This document shows, piece after piece, positions 14,100 to 25,439 of a DNA stretch of 64,000 bases; the first letter of the stretch is position 1, and every line of letters starts with the position of its first letter. The stretch lies in contig CM126220.1 of the NCBI GenBank assembly GCA_052327205.1, forward strand, positions 21,638,001-21,702,000. The letters are read 5' to 3'. The position numbers and the translations under genes are program-made. Origin of the DNA: Somniosus microcephalus (taxonomy: Eukaryota). The notes under the pieces are model-generated. The model was not told the DNA's origin and searched no databases. It saw only the letters and a program-made list of their open reading frames with translations.

Positions 14100-14520
14100 C
14101 TAAGGTTGGTAGCACTCTCTCCTGGGTCAGAAGGTTGTGCGTTCAAGTCTCCCTCCAGAGACTTGAGCACAAAATCTAGGCTGACACTCCCAGTGCAGTA
14201 CTGCACTGTCTGAGGTGCCGTCTTTCGGATGAGACATTAAATCAAGGCCCTGTCTACCCTCTTGGGTAAGCGTAAAAGATCCCATGGCACTATTTTGAAG
14301 AAGAACGGGGAGTTCTCCCCGGTGTCCTGGCCAATATTTACCCCTCAACCACCATCACTAAAACAGGTTACCTGGTCATTATCACATTGCTGTTTGTGCG
14401 CAAATTGTCTGCCACGTTTCCCACATTACAACAGTGACTCCACTTCAAAAAGTACTTCATTGGCTGTAAAGTGCTTTGGGACATCCTGAGATTGAGAAAG
14501 GTGCTATAGAAATGCAAGTC
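14100..14520 (+). mobile_element. Deu-domain SINE
   Basis: tggtagcactctc...gttcaagtc head, cagtgcagtactgcactgtc...gccgtcttt core, L2-like tail. Confidence 0.72.
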
Positions 14521-15273
14521 CTTCCTTGTGCAGTGCATTTAACCATTGAAGTGTTATAGACATCTGTGTTGTGATTTTCAGACTGTCAATTGGAGATAGG
14601 CTGGGTAACAGTCATTTTGTGTCATGCAGTCCGACAATGTGACGTTCTTCCAGCAACACCATGAAACGGGACTTTGAGTCCATTTCATGTCATTTCAGGG
14701 GGCATTCTACACACAATGTATAGCAAGGTGCCTTTAACCAGCAATTCTAAAGTGCAGAATGCAGCATCGGGGGGAGGTAGCAGTATTAAGTGTGTACAGA
14801 TGTCACACTTGTAACACTTGGGATTAAATTGCAGAAACAGGCCAAGCTCTGATTGGTCTGCAGTTGTGCTAGAAACTCCCACTGACGCGCATATAATATA
14901 TACACCATTTTGAAGGTGGGAGAATTTGATGCCTGTACTCCCAGACTTATTCACAAATTCCGTGGTGTGAAGGAAAAAAGGTGCTGGCTGCCGTAGAATA
15001 AGCCAAAATATGTACAAACTGGAGCCTAACATGTCAACCTTGAAAGTTGTCGGTGTCAAAAGTCTTGGCTTTTGCCTTATTCCTTGCTCTCGAGACCAAC
15101 AACCCAGAAAGATGGGGGAGGGGAGGCAAAAGGAAATATTCAAGGAAGACTAGCTCAATGTTGTCACTAGGTTTACTGTATTCAGTTCATTACAGGTAGA
15201 CTATCCTTTATCCGAAAACCTCGGGACCAGCCGTGTTTCGGTTTTCGGAGAATTTTGGATTTCGGAAGGTGGG

Positions 15274-15502
15274 TGATGTGCCATCAATTACTCAAAAGAC
15301 TGAGGTTGAGCGAGTAACAATCAGGCTTTTATTAACTAAAGAATGAAGGTCTTGTCTCGAGTGGTCGACCCGTCCAGAGTACTAAGGGACTGGGAGGTAG
15401 TCACTTATATACCTGGAATAGTGGGAGGAGTCAGCCGAGGCATGTCCAGACCTGTACCTAGTGGAATACACATACAGACAGGTATGACAGTGGTTTACCA
15501 CA
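15274..15502 (-). repeat. 3' LTR of Gypsy family A (229 bp)
   Basis: Matches 19437-19671 apart from about 3 substitutions and one 6-bp indel; TATA-like TATATAA and AATAAA on the minus strand. Confidence 0.95.
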
Positions 15503-15545
15503 TTCACCCCTTGTTTAAAAATGAGTCCGGCGGGGTGAAGTGTAT

Positions 15546-18350
15546 TTAAAAGTTCGTGTATTGGAGTCTCTCCGGAGGTCTTGTCTGCCGCTGTGATCGA
15601 CGTGGCGACGGCAGGGGTGGTGGAGCTTCCGGCGTCGCGTCCCGTGTAGGCTGGGGCCCTGGAGTGTAGTCCTCGTGGGTGACGGTCCAAGGCGAGCCGG
15701 CTGCTGGGGTTGGATATCGGGTCGTGGGGGGGGGTGGTAATGGGTAGTGGGTTACAGCGGTCCCCGAGGGTGCGAGGTCTCGTATGGAGACTGTGTCCTC
15801 CCGCCCGTCCGGGTATGCAATGTAAGCGTACTGGGGGTTGGCGTGGAGGAGGTCGACCCTCTCGACCAGGGGGTCCGTTTTATTGGTCCTCACGTGTCTT
15901 CTCAGTAGTACCGGCCCTGGGGACGTCAGCCATGGCGGTAACGATGTCCCCGATGTGGACTTCCTTGGGAAGACAAACATTTTCTCGTGAGGGGTGGCAT
16001 TGGTGGCAGTGCAGAGCAGTGACCGAATCGAGTGGAGCGCATCGGGGAGCACCTCCTGCCAGCGGGAGGTCGGAAGGCCCCTAGACTTTAAGGCTAGTAG
16101 GGCGGCCTTCCAAACTGTTGCATTCTCTCTTTCCACCTGTCCGTTCCCCCGGGGGTTGTAACTGGTGGTCCTGCTTGTGGCTATACCCCTAGCGAGCAGG
16201 TACTGGCGGAGTTCGTCGCTCATAAACGATGAGCCCCGGTCGCTATGGATATAGCTGGGGAAACCGAACAGGGTGAAGAGGCTGTTCAGAGATTTAATGA
16301 CCGTGGCACTGGTCATGTCCGGGCAGGGGATAGCGAACAGGAACCGGGAGTACTCGTCAATGATGTTGAGGAAGTACACATTGCGGTCGGAGGAGGGGAG
16401 AGGCCCTTTGAAATCGACGCTCAGGCGTTCGAAAGGGCGAGTGGCTTTTATCAGGTGGGCTCTGTCTGGTCTATAAAAGTGCGGTTTGCACTCAGCGCAG
16501 ACTTGGCAGTTCTTGGTCATGGTCCTGACCTCCTCGATGGAGTAAGGCAGGTTGCGGGCCTTGATGAAGTGGAAGAACCTGGTGATCCCCGGGTGGCAGA
16601 GGTCATTGTGGAGGGCCCTCAGCCTATCGATCTGCGCGCTGGCGCAGGTGCCACGCGATAGGGCGTCTGGGGGTTCATTGAGCTTCCCAGGCCGGTACAA
16701 GATCTCGTAATTGTAGGTGGAAAGTTCGATTCTCCACCTCAAGATCTTGTCATTTTTGATTTTGCCCCTCTGCTTGTTGTTGAACATAAAAGCAACTGAA
16801 CGCTGGTCAGTGAGCAGGGTAAATCGTTTTCCGGCCAGGTAGTGCCTCCAATGACGCACAGCCTCCACGATAGCCTGGGCCTCCTTCTCGACCGCGGAGT
16901 GTCTGGTCTCCGGGCCCTGGAGGGTTCGTGAGAAGAATGCCACAGGTCTCCCCGCCTGATTAAGGGTGGCGGCCAGAGCGAAGTCGAACGCATCGCTTTC
17001 CACCTGGAAGGGGATGGATTCGTCCACTGTGTGCATGGTGGCTTTGGCAATGTCTTCCTTGATACGGTGGAAGGCTAAGCGGGCCTCTGCCGTCACGGGA
17101 AAAGAGGTGGACTTGATCAGCGGACGGGCTTTGTCTGCATAGTAGGGGACCCACTGAGCGTAGTAGGAAAAAAACCCTAGGCACCTCTTCAGAGCTTTTA
17201 GGCAGTGGGAGTTCCATAAGGGGACGCATCCGGTCCGGGTCGGGACCGATGACCCCGTGTTCCACAACACGGCCAAGGATGGCGAGGCGGTCTGTGCGGA
17301 ATATGCACTTCTTGTTATATGTCAGGTTCAGGAGTTGGGCGGTGCGGAGGAATTTCTCGAGGTTTGCGTCATGGTCCTGCAAGCCATGGCCGCAGATGGT
17401 CACATTATCTAGGTAAGGGAAAGTGGCCTGCAGCTCGTTTTGATCGACCATCCGGTCCATCTCCCTTTGGAAGACGGAGACCCCGTTGGTAACGCCGAAG
17501 GGAACCCTAAGGAAGTGATAGAGACGGCCGTTTGCCTCAAAAGCAGTATACTGGCGGTCTTCAGGGCTGATGGGGAGCTGGTGGTACGCTGATTTCAGGT
17601 CAATGGTCGAAAAGACGCGGTACTGCGCGATCTGGTTGACCATGTCAGCTATGCGGGGGAGTGGGTAGGCGTCCAGCAGGGTGTAGCGGTTTATTGTTTG
17701 GCTGTAGTCGATGACCAGGCGTTGTTTCTCACCGGTCTTAACGACCACAACCTGGGCTCGCCAGGGGCTGGAGCTGCCCTCAATAATCCCCTCCTTCAGG
17801 AGCCGCTCCACTTCGGTTTTGATGAAAACCCTGTCCCCGGCACTGTATCGCCTGCTCTTTGTGGCGATGGGCTTACAGTCGGGGGTGAGGTTAGCAAACA
17901 GTGGGGGGGGGGTGGGACGCTGAGTGTGGAGAGGTTGCATCTGGTGCACGGCGGGCAATTTGGAGGCTGCTGGCTGCGGACTGTGAGTGGGGGGAGGGGG
18001 CCACCATACGCCATCGTAACGCTTTTGAGGTGGCACTGGAAATCCAACCCCAGTAGAACGGCAGCGCAGAGGTCGGGCAGGACCAGGAGTTTAAAATTAT
18101 TGAACACAGTCCCGTCTACTACTAGTGTCACCACGCAGTAGCCGCCAATGTCCGCTGACTGGGACTCGGAGGCCATAGAAATCCGCTGGTGTGCAGGCAG
18201 GACTGGGAGAGAGCAACGCCGCACCGTGTCGGGGTGGATGAAGCTCTCTGTGCTCCCGGAGTCAAAAAGGCAGTTTAATGCATGGCTGTTTACCTTAACG
18301 TCCATTTTGGACCGAGCTAGCTGGTGCGGTCTCGTTTGGTCCAGCGTCAC
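15546..18350 (-). pseudogene. pol (protease-RT-RNase H-integrase) of Gypsy family A, frameshifted
   Basis: LFDSGS protease, DLKSAYHQ/PFG/YLDN RT, VAFFSR/EKEAQA RNase H, H-H-C-C zinc motif and SDRG...GQVER integrase core across three frames; shifts near 17905 (G run) and 17205. Confidence 0.92.
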
Positions 18351-18488
18351 AGAGGCCAGCGCAGGGGTCGGTGTGTCACTGCGAGTATCAGATGGGGGGG
18401 GGGGGTTGGCGGTCTGCTGCGTCCCGGCTGGTGTCCAAGATGGCGGCGTCCATGATTCCCATGTGGCTGGAGTCGTCCAAGATGGCTG

Positions 18489-19412
18489 CTACTGCGGTGG
18501 TTCGCACATGGCTGGGGAGGCCCAAGATGGCGGCCCGCACGGCCCACACGCGGCGCTGTTGGGGGCCCAAGATGGCGGCTCGCACGGCCCACACGCGGCG
18601 CTGCTGGCGTTCGGGGTGGCTTTGGCCTTGCAGACGCTGGCGTAGTGTCCCTTTTTCCCGCAGCCCGAGCAGGTCGCATTCTTCGCCGGGCAGCGCGCTC
18701 TGGGGTGTTTGGCCTGGCCACAGAAGTAGCATTTCTGGCCTTGGGATACTGCTGTCTGGCTTTGGGACACTGCTGCGGTAGTTGGGCCGTTGTTGGGCTG
18801 TGGCTGGGGTGGCACGGTGCTATGGGGCTGTCCTACCGTGTCCCAGGTTGTCGTTCCCCGCGGCGTCCACGGTGCAGAGGAGTAGGCATCCATGCCCCGG
18901 AAGGCTGCGTCCAGCGTTAGTGCGATGTCGGAGGCTTTGTCGAGGGTGAGGTCACTCTGCTCCAGCAGTCGCTGTCGGGTGTAGTTGGACCTGTGGCCTG
19001 CTACGAAGGCATCCCGGATCAGTTCCTCCGTGTACTTAGTGGGCGTTACCGCCTTACACCCACAGGCCCGGCCAAGCACGGACAGTGCTTGGAGGTATTC
19101 CTCAGTCGATTCCCCAGGTTGTTGCTTGCGACTCCCCAGAAGGTGCCTAGCGTATACTTCGTTCACAGGGTGCGTGTACTGGGTCTTGAGGAGCTGGAGG
19201 GCGGCTGTGTACGAGGTCGCGCCCCGGATGACTGAGTACACTCGGTGGTTCACCTTGGAGAACAGGACAGACAGTTTGTCCGCATCCGTTTCGACCGCAG
19301 TGGAGGCAGTCAGGAATGTCTCGAAGCACGTGAGCCAGTGAGCAAACTTGGTGGAAGCGTCCGCTTCCCGACTGTCCAGGTCCAGGCATGCTGGTGTGAG
19401 GATCTTCTCCAT
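18489..19412 (-). CDS. Gag of Gypsy family A with tandem Cys/His zinc knuckles
   Basis: 307-aa ORF with CYFCGQAKHPRARC and CSGCGKKGHYASVC; continues in frame into the protease after a single TAG. Confidence 0.88.
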   Translation of the reverse strand: MEKILTPACLDLDSREADASTKFAHWLTCFETFLTASTAVETDADKLSVLFSKVNHRVYSVIRGATSYTAALQLLKTQYTHPVNEVYARHLLGSRKQQPGESTEEYLQALSVLGRACGCKAVTPTKYTEELIRDAFVAGHRSNYTRQRLLEQSDLTLDKASDIALTLDAAFRGMDAYSSAPWTPRGTTTWDTVGQPHSTVPPQPQPNNGPTTAAVSQSQTAVSQGQKCYFCGQAKHPRARCPAKNATCSGCGKKGHYASVCKAKATPNASSAACGPCEPPSWAPNSAACGPCGPPSWASPAMCEPPQ

Positions 19413-19436
19413 TATAAAAAATTTAGTTAATAAAAT

Positions 19437-19671
19437 TGGTGTGCCATCAATTACTCAAAAGACTGAGGTTGAGCGAGTAACAATCAGGCTTTTATTAACT
19501 AAAGAATGAAGGTCTTGTCTCGAGTGGTCGACCCGTCCAGAATACTAAGGGACTGGGAGGTAGTCACTTATATACCTGGAATAGTGGGAGGAGTCAGCCG
19601 CGGCATGTCCAGACCTGTACCTAGTGGAATACACATACAGACACAGACAGGTATGACAGTGGTTTACCACA
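19437..19671 (-). repeat. 5' LTR of Gypsy family A (235 bp)
   Basis: Direct repeat of 15274-15502; gag ATG (19412) lies only 24 nt inside it. Confidence 0.95.
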
Positions 19672-20275
19672 GTGGGTCGGCAGGGGTCCGTGGGGGGGTC
19701 GTGCGCACGACCCCCGCGAACCACCGCCGACCCCGACCCCCACCGACTTATGGTCGGGGCCGGCGGGGGGTCGTGCGCACGACTTACGCTGACGCTCAGC
19801 GTAAGTCGGCGGGGGTCGGGGTCCGCGGGGGGGGGTCGGCGGGGGTTGGGGCCGGCGGGGGGTCGTGCGCATGACTTACGCTGGACTTACGCTGACCGAA
19901 AAAACCTTCGTTTTTTTTTGTTTTTTTTTATATAGAGGGTTTCGGTTTTCGGAAGTCCGGATAAAGGGTAGTCTACCTGTACCAATATGCTATAGGAAAA
20001 GTTAAATGGGCTGATATGTTACGTGGTTGCTGCACTTTAATTCACAACCTTAAATGGGTACCAGTAGCTTCCCTATGAGAGGTTTGCATTTATATAGTGC
20101 CTTTATACACCTCTTCAATTTCTCAATGCTTCCCATATCATGAATTAATTTGAAGTGTACTGAGGTGGGAACAGAGTGAGAGTATAAGGGCCTATAAAGC
20201 AGATGGGTAAGGAAGTGCTAAGTAGACTCGTTGATGCCACACAAGTAATACAAATTTTAAAGTGGAACAAACTAA

Positions 20276-21150
20276 ACTTAATACGATTTGGACAGGTTGG
20301 GTGATTGGGCAGAAACATGGCAAATGCACTATAATGTGGATAAATGTGAGGTTATCCACTTTGGTGGCAAAAACAGGAAGGCAGATTATTATTTGAATGG
20401 CAATAGATTGGGAGAAGGGGAAGTGCAAAGAGACCTGGGTGTCCTTGTGCACTAGTCGCTGAAGGTAAGCATGCAGGTGCAGCAGGCGGTTAAGAAGGCA
20501 AATGGTATGCTGGCCTTCGTAGCAAGAGGGTTCGAGTACAAGAACAAGGATGTCTTGCTGCAGTTGTACAGGGCCTTGGTGAGACCGCACCTTGAGTATT
20601 GTGTGCAGTTTTGGTCACCTTACCTGAGGAAGGACGTTCTTGGCATGGAGGGAGTGCAGCGAAGATTCACCAGGCTGATACCTGGGATGGCAGGAATGAC
20701 GTACGAGGAGAGATTGTGTCAATTGGGCTTATACTCACTGGAGTTTAGAAGATTGAGAGGGGATCTCACCGAAACCTATAAAATTCTGTCAGGTCTGGAC
20801 AGACTAGATGCAGAAAGGGTGTTTCTGATGGCTGGGGAGTCCAGAACCAGGGGTCATAGTCTAAGGATAAGGGGTAAGCCATTTAGGACTGCAATGAGGA
20901 GGAATTTCTTCACCCAGAGAGTGGTGAACCTGTGGAATTCTCTGCCACAGAGGGCGGTGGAGGCCAGTTCATTAAATATATTCAAGAAATAGTTGGATAT
21001 ATTTCTTAAGGCTAAAGGGATCAAGGGCTATGGGGAGAAGGCAGGGACAGGGTACTGAATTTGGATGATCAGCCATGATCTCATTGAATGGCGGAGTAGG
21101 CTCGAAGGGCCGAATGGCCTACTCCTGCTCCTATCTTCTATGTTTCTATG
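20276..21150 (+). mobile_element. CR1 LINE 3' portion
   Basis: LYRALVRPHLEYCVQFWSP...FFTQRVVNLWNSLP; tail tctatgtttctatg. Confidence 0.92.
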
Positions 21151-21334
21151 TAATGTCAGCAAAGGGACAGTGATGTGTCTTTCCTGCAAGATGTGGGAGT
21201 CTCCAGCACCAGATGTTGACTCGGTTAAACGAAATGTCAACAAGCTCAAAATCTCAAGTTGAGGAGGAGAGGGATACAAGGGTGGGTAGTAGTTTCTGGA
21301 GGTAAAGTTTGAGGGTATGAAAGAGAAGAAAAAG

Positions 21335-22040
21335 GCCTGCATTTATATAGTGCCAAGGTGTTTTACAGTCAATTAAGTACTTTTGAATTGTTCTCCTGTA
21401 GGGAAATGCAGCAGACAACTTGCGCACAGCATGCTCCCACAACCAGCAATGAAATAAATGACCAGACCATCTGTTTTTGCTCTTGGTTGAGGGATAAATG
21501 CTGACCAGGATACCGAGAGAACTGCCCTGCCGTGGGATATTTTGCATTCATCTGAGAGGGCAGACAGGGCCTCGGTTTAATGTCTCATCTGAAAGACGGC
21601 ACCTCTATTCGTTCATGGGATGTGGGCGTCGCTGGTAAGGCCAGCATTTATTGCCCATCCCTAATTAAGAGTCAACCACATTGCTGTCTCGCATAGGCCA
21701 GACCAGGTAAGGACAGCAGATTTCCTTCCCTGAAGGACATTAGTGAACCAGATGGGTTTTTACGACAATCCGGTAGTTTCATGGTCACCATTACTGATGC
21801 TAGCTTTCTATTCCAATTTTTTTTAAATTTAATTAACTGAATTTAAATTCCCCAGCTGCCATGGTGGGATTTGAACTCATGTTCCCCAGATCATTAGTCC
21901 GGGCCTCTGGCTTACTAGTCCAGTAACATAACCACTATGCTACTGTACCCAGTATGTTCAATTCTCTGGAGTGGGACTTGAACCCACAACCTTGTGACTC
22001 GGAGGCAAGAGTGCTACCCACCGAGCCACAGCTGACACCT
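21335..22040 (-). mobile_element. Deu-domain SINE interrupted by a second SINE
   Basis: Tail and core at 21335-21605, head (gggacttgaacccac...gtgctacccaccgagcca) at ~21960-22040. Confidence 0.65.
21606..21950 (-). mobile_element. tRNA-derived SINE with the 3' tail of the LINE family at 27330 and 51232
   Basis: Minus-strand A box tagcatagtgg, B box gagttcaaatcc; tail ttcatgggatgtgggcgtcgctgg...ttgcccatccctaatt shared with the LINE ends. Confidence 0.7.
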
Positions 22041-22682
22041 TGAGTAGTGGGTCGTCACACCAGTGAGAGATGGGGAGTGAGTGGTGAAGGAGGAACGATG
22101 GGTGACTATTCGATGGGCATAGAGGAACGGATAGAACAGGAGCACCCAGAGCAGCTTGTGTTCTCGAGCTGATTTAAAGCTGTAGATTGGTGTGGGGAAA
22201 ATGATGACCCTGGGAAGGGTCATCGAATCTCAATGGCACCAACAAAGATGATGGCTTTGGAAGGCAGGGTGGGGGGAGATTAACACAGTTAGAAATGTAA
22301 TAGTGGGTGGGGCATTCAATAATTGGAGCGGCTGACTTTGGGTGTTAATCTCGGCCTTATTTCCCTGGCCAAGCGCTAGACTACGGAATGTTGGGAAGAT
22401 TAGGGAAATCAGTGCACGGCTGAAGGTGTGGTGTCAGGAGGAGGGATTCCACTTTGGGCATTGCCACCAGTTCTGGGACAAGTGGGAGTTATCCCACCAG
22501 GACAAGCTACATCTCAGCAGGCAGCATGCATAAAGTGGACAAGAATGGGAAATAAACATCTTGGGAAATATTCCGGAGGAACAGATGAGGGGTGGAGTGG
22601 CAATATTGGTTAAAGGGTAAAACGTGCTGTAGAGAAGGTTGATGTAGACAAGGAAGAGGGGTACAGAGGCAATGTGGCTGGA

Positions 22683-22923
22683 TCACAGAATCACAGAATC
22701 TACAGTGCAGATAGAGGCCATTTCGGCCCATCGAGCCTGCACCGACACATATCCCACCCTATCCCCGTAACCCCACGTATTTAATCCCCTAACACTAAGG
22801 GTCAATTTATAATAGCCAAATCAACCTAACCTGCACATCTTTGGACTGTGGGAGGAAACCGGAGCACCCGGAGGAAACCCACGCAAACACGGGGAGAATG
22901 TGCAAACTCCACACAGACAGTCG
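22683..22923 (-). mobile_element. HE1-like V-SINE lacking the tRNA head
   Basis: Nearly identical to 10002-10245. Confidence 0.8.
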
Positions 22924-23305
22924 CAAAGATAAAGGAGCTTGTTGCATTAATAGGGGTGTATTACAGATCGCCAAAGGAAATGAAAGAGGAAGTCTGCAGT
23001 CGGATTAGAGAGATCAGTAGGAATAACTATTGTTCTGGGAGATTTCAATTATCCACTTATCAGTTGGAACAGAGAGGGAGTAAATGGGGGGAAAAAAGGA
23101 ATGGAATTCCCAAAATGTGTGCAGGATTCCTTCCTAAAGCAGTACGTTGGACCTACAAGGGTGGAGGTGTTGCTAGTTCTGGTTATGTGTAATGAAATAG
23201 GTCAGGTAGATGAGCTAAATGTGGGTGAGCACCTTGGGAGCAGTGACCACAATGTGATGAGGTTTAAGATCCAACTCAATATGAAAAAAGTCAGTACAGA
23301 AACTA

Positions 23306-23518
23306 AGGGGGGAATTTTGCCAGCCCTTTGGAGGCGGGACTGCCGGGAAAATGGCAGAAACTGGGAGCGGGTACCGAACCCACTCCCAACCCGCCTCCGT
23401 GTCACCTTCCCGGGAGGCGGGTCCCCGACTCGCACACGGACCCGTCTCCTCGAGGCGGGAAGGGGATTACAGCCACGTAACTGCCTGTTAACAGGTAGTT
23501 AACAGGCAGTTAAGAGGC
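23306..23518. mobile_element. GC-rich MITE-like fragment inserted in the old CR1
   Basis: Abrupt CpG-rich segment beginning gggggaattttgcc with internal inverted motifs (ggaggcgg/ccgcctcc, cctgttaacagg). Confidence 0.4.
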
Positions 23519-24977
23519 TTATCCCCATTTTACCAACACAAGCCCTAAAACACCAGATTGGATTAGGACAGATTTTAGGAAGAGCTGTGAGCTAACTGAG
23601 GTGAGGTAGAAGGAGAAATTGGCACAAAGGACTGTCGAGCAACAGTGTGATGGTTTTAAAAAAAAAGAGGCTGCAAGAGTACAGAAGAAGTATATTTCAT
23701 TAAAGAAGGAAACTACTTGTAGTTTTAGGATGCTATGGATAAATAGAGGAAACCAATGAGCGGGCCAATTAGGACTAAAAGAATAGTGATGGAAAATAAA
23801 TAGAATATAAGGCAATAGGTCTTGAGCAGATAGGTAAGCTTAGGAGTATGAGGAAAAACATTTCAAAAACATCAAAAGAAAGTCAAGTATTTTGCAAGTA
23901 TATCAGTAAAAAGAGAATTGTTCAAAGCAAGGTGGGACCCCTGAGCAGAGAGGATTGTCAATTTGCAGATGATCAAAAAATGGCAGAGTTATTTAATAAG
24001 TACTTTGCATCGGCCTTTACTAAAGGGAAGGATGTCAGAGGTGTAGTATACTGGAGTGTTTGAGCACGAGATGAGCAATATTATGATGGGTAAATAAACT
24101 CAAGGAAGACAAAGCACCCGAGCCTGACGGGATGCATTCCGAGAGGAAAGAAATTGCAAAGCTCCTCGAAATTATATTTCCGGGCTCCATTGAGTGTGGA
24201 TGTGTGCCAGAGGCCTGGAGAATGGCCAATGTAATACCCATTTTTAAGAAGGGAGACGCCTAATCCAAGTAATTACAGACCAGTAGGCTTAACTTCTGTG
24301 GTAGCAAAGATTTTAAAGCCTTTTAATGAAATTACCACATATCTAGATGGAGAAAATAGTTAGATGTAGCCAGCATGGATTTCAAAAAGGATGATTGTGC
24401 TTTGACGAACCTCCTAGAATTCGTTGAGGTGGTAGATGATGGAAAATGAAGTGGATATGCTGTACATCGACTTTATGAAAGCCTTTGACAAGGTAGCACA
24501 TGAGAGAGTACTGGAGAAGATTGGTTAGAAGGAAGAAATCAGAGTAGGGCAGTTTTTCAGAATTGTTGGAAGTGGATTCAGTTTTCGGGCCACTTCTGTT
24601 CACTGCGTATATCAATAATTTGGATTTATGGCCTGGAAGGAGTGGTGTCAAAATATGTCGATACCAAAATAGCAAATGTACTTAATTCCTTAGACTGAGG
24701 GATAAGATGCGACCCAACTCAACTTTGGAAGGGTGGAACCTACACTTGTGCTGCTGGGTGTTATTTTGCAGTTCAAATCAGCAGAGTGCAAACATTTCAT
24801 ATGCCCATTATAATTTACTGGAATCCTAGTTTTGGGCAGGAAGAGGGAGAAGCCACAGTGCGTCTGCATGAAAATTTCTCACATCCACCATAACGCTACC
24901 AAAATCCACTGACCGTGCTGCCATCTGTTCTAGATTGAGCGTTTTTGTTGACTGCATGGTATTAACACGTTTTTTAA

Positions 24978-25238
<261 letters not shown>

Positions 25239-25439
25239 TGAGTTGGTAATCTTCTCACAGTTTACTTGGGATAACTTGAGCAGTAATGCTGGACCCCATT
25301 TCCTCCTCCTTGGTTCATAAACTGGGAAAATTCAACAGAAATTAAGCATGTATTTGCATTAACTAGACTTTGGAATTTGGAAAAGTAATGATAGATGCCC
25401 ACCTCACCATGCTGCAACTGTGGGCAAACTTACATTTAT

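Larger units (their letters stand above)
15274..19671 (-). mobile_element. Full-length Gypsy/Ty3 LTR retrotransposon, family A (Mag-like gag)
   Basis: Direct LTRs 15274-15502 and 19437-19671 (TG...CA), 5-bp TSD GTGGG (15269-15273, 19672-19676), gag-PR-RT-RH-IN order, PPT-like AAGGGGTGAA next to the 3' LTR. Confidence 0.97.
15193..19979. mobile_element. Non-autonomous Tc1/mariner-pogo (Tigger-like) MITE of ~384 bp, interrupted by the Gypsy element
   Basis: 22-bp TIRs CAGGTAGACTA(T/C)CCTTTATCCG at 15193-15214 and 19958-19979, flanked by TA (15191-15192, 19980-19981). Confidence 0.85.
22340..24680 (+). mobile_element. Old degraded CR1 LINE (ORF1 esterase end, endonuclease, RT)
   Basis: WCQEEGF..W...DKLHLS esterase remnant, GVYYRSP, EHLGSSDHN, YIDFMKAFDKV remnants. 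Confidence 0.65.

Noticed and set aside
17895-17920. Programmed frameshift between protease and RT
   Set aside because: It lies in a G homopolymer and the family B shift is at a different position, so mutation or sequencing error is more likely.
15710-19430. Plus-strand ORFs within the Gypsy elements (also 59461-62029)
   Set aside because: Antisense shadows of GC-rich gag-pol with no recognisable motifs.
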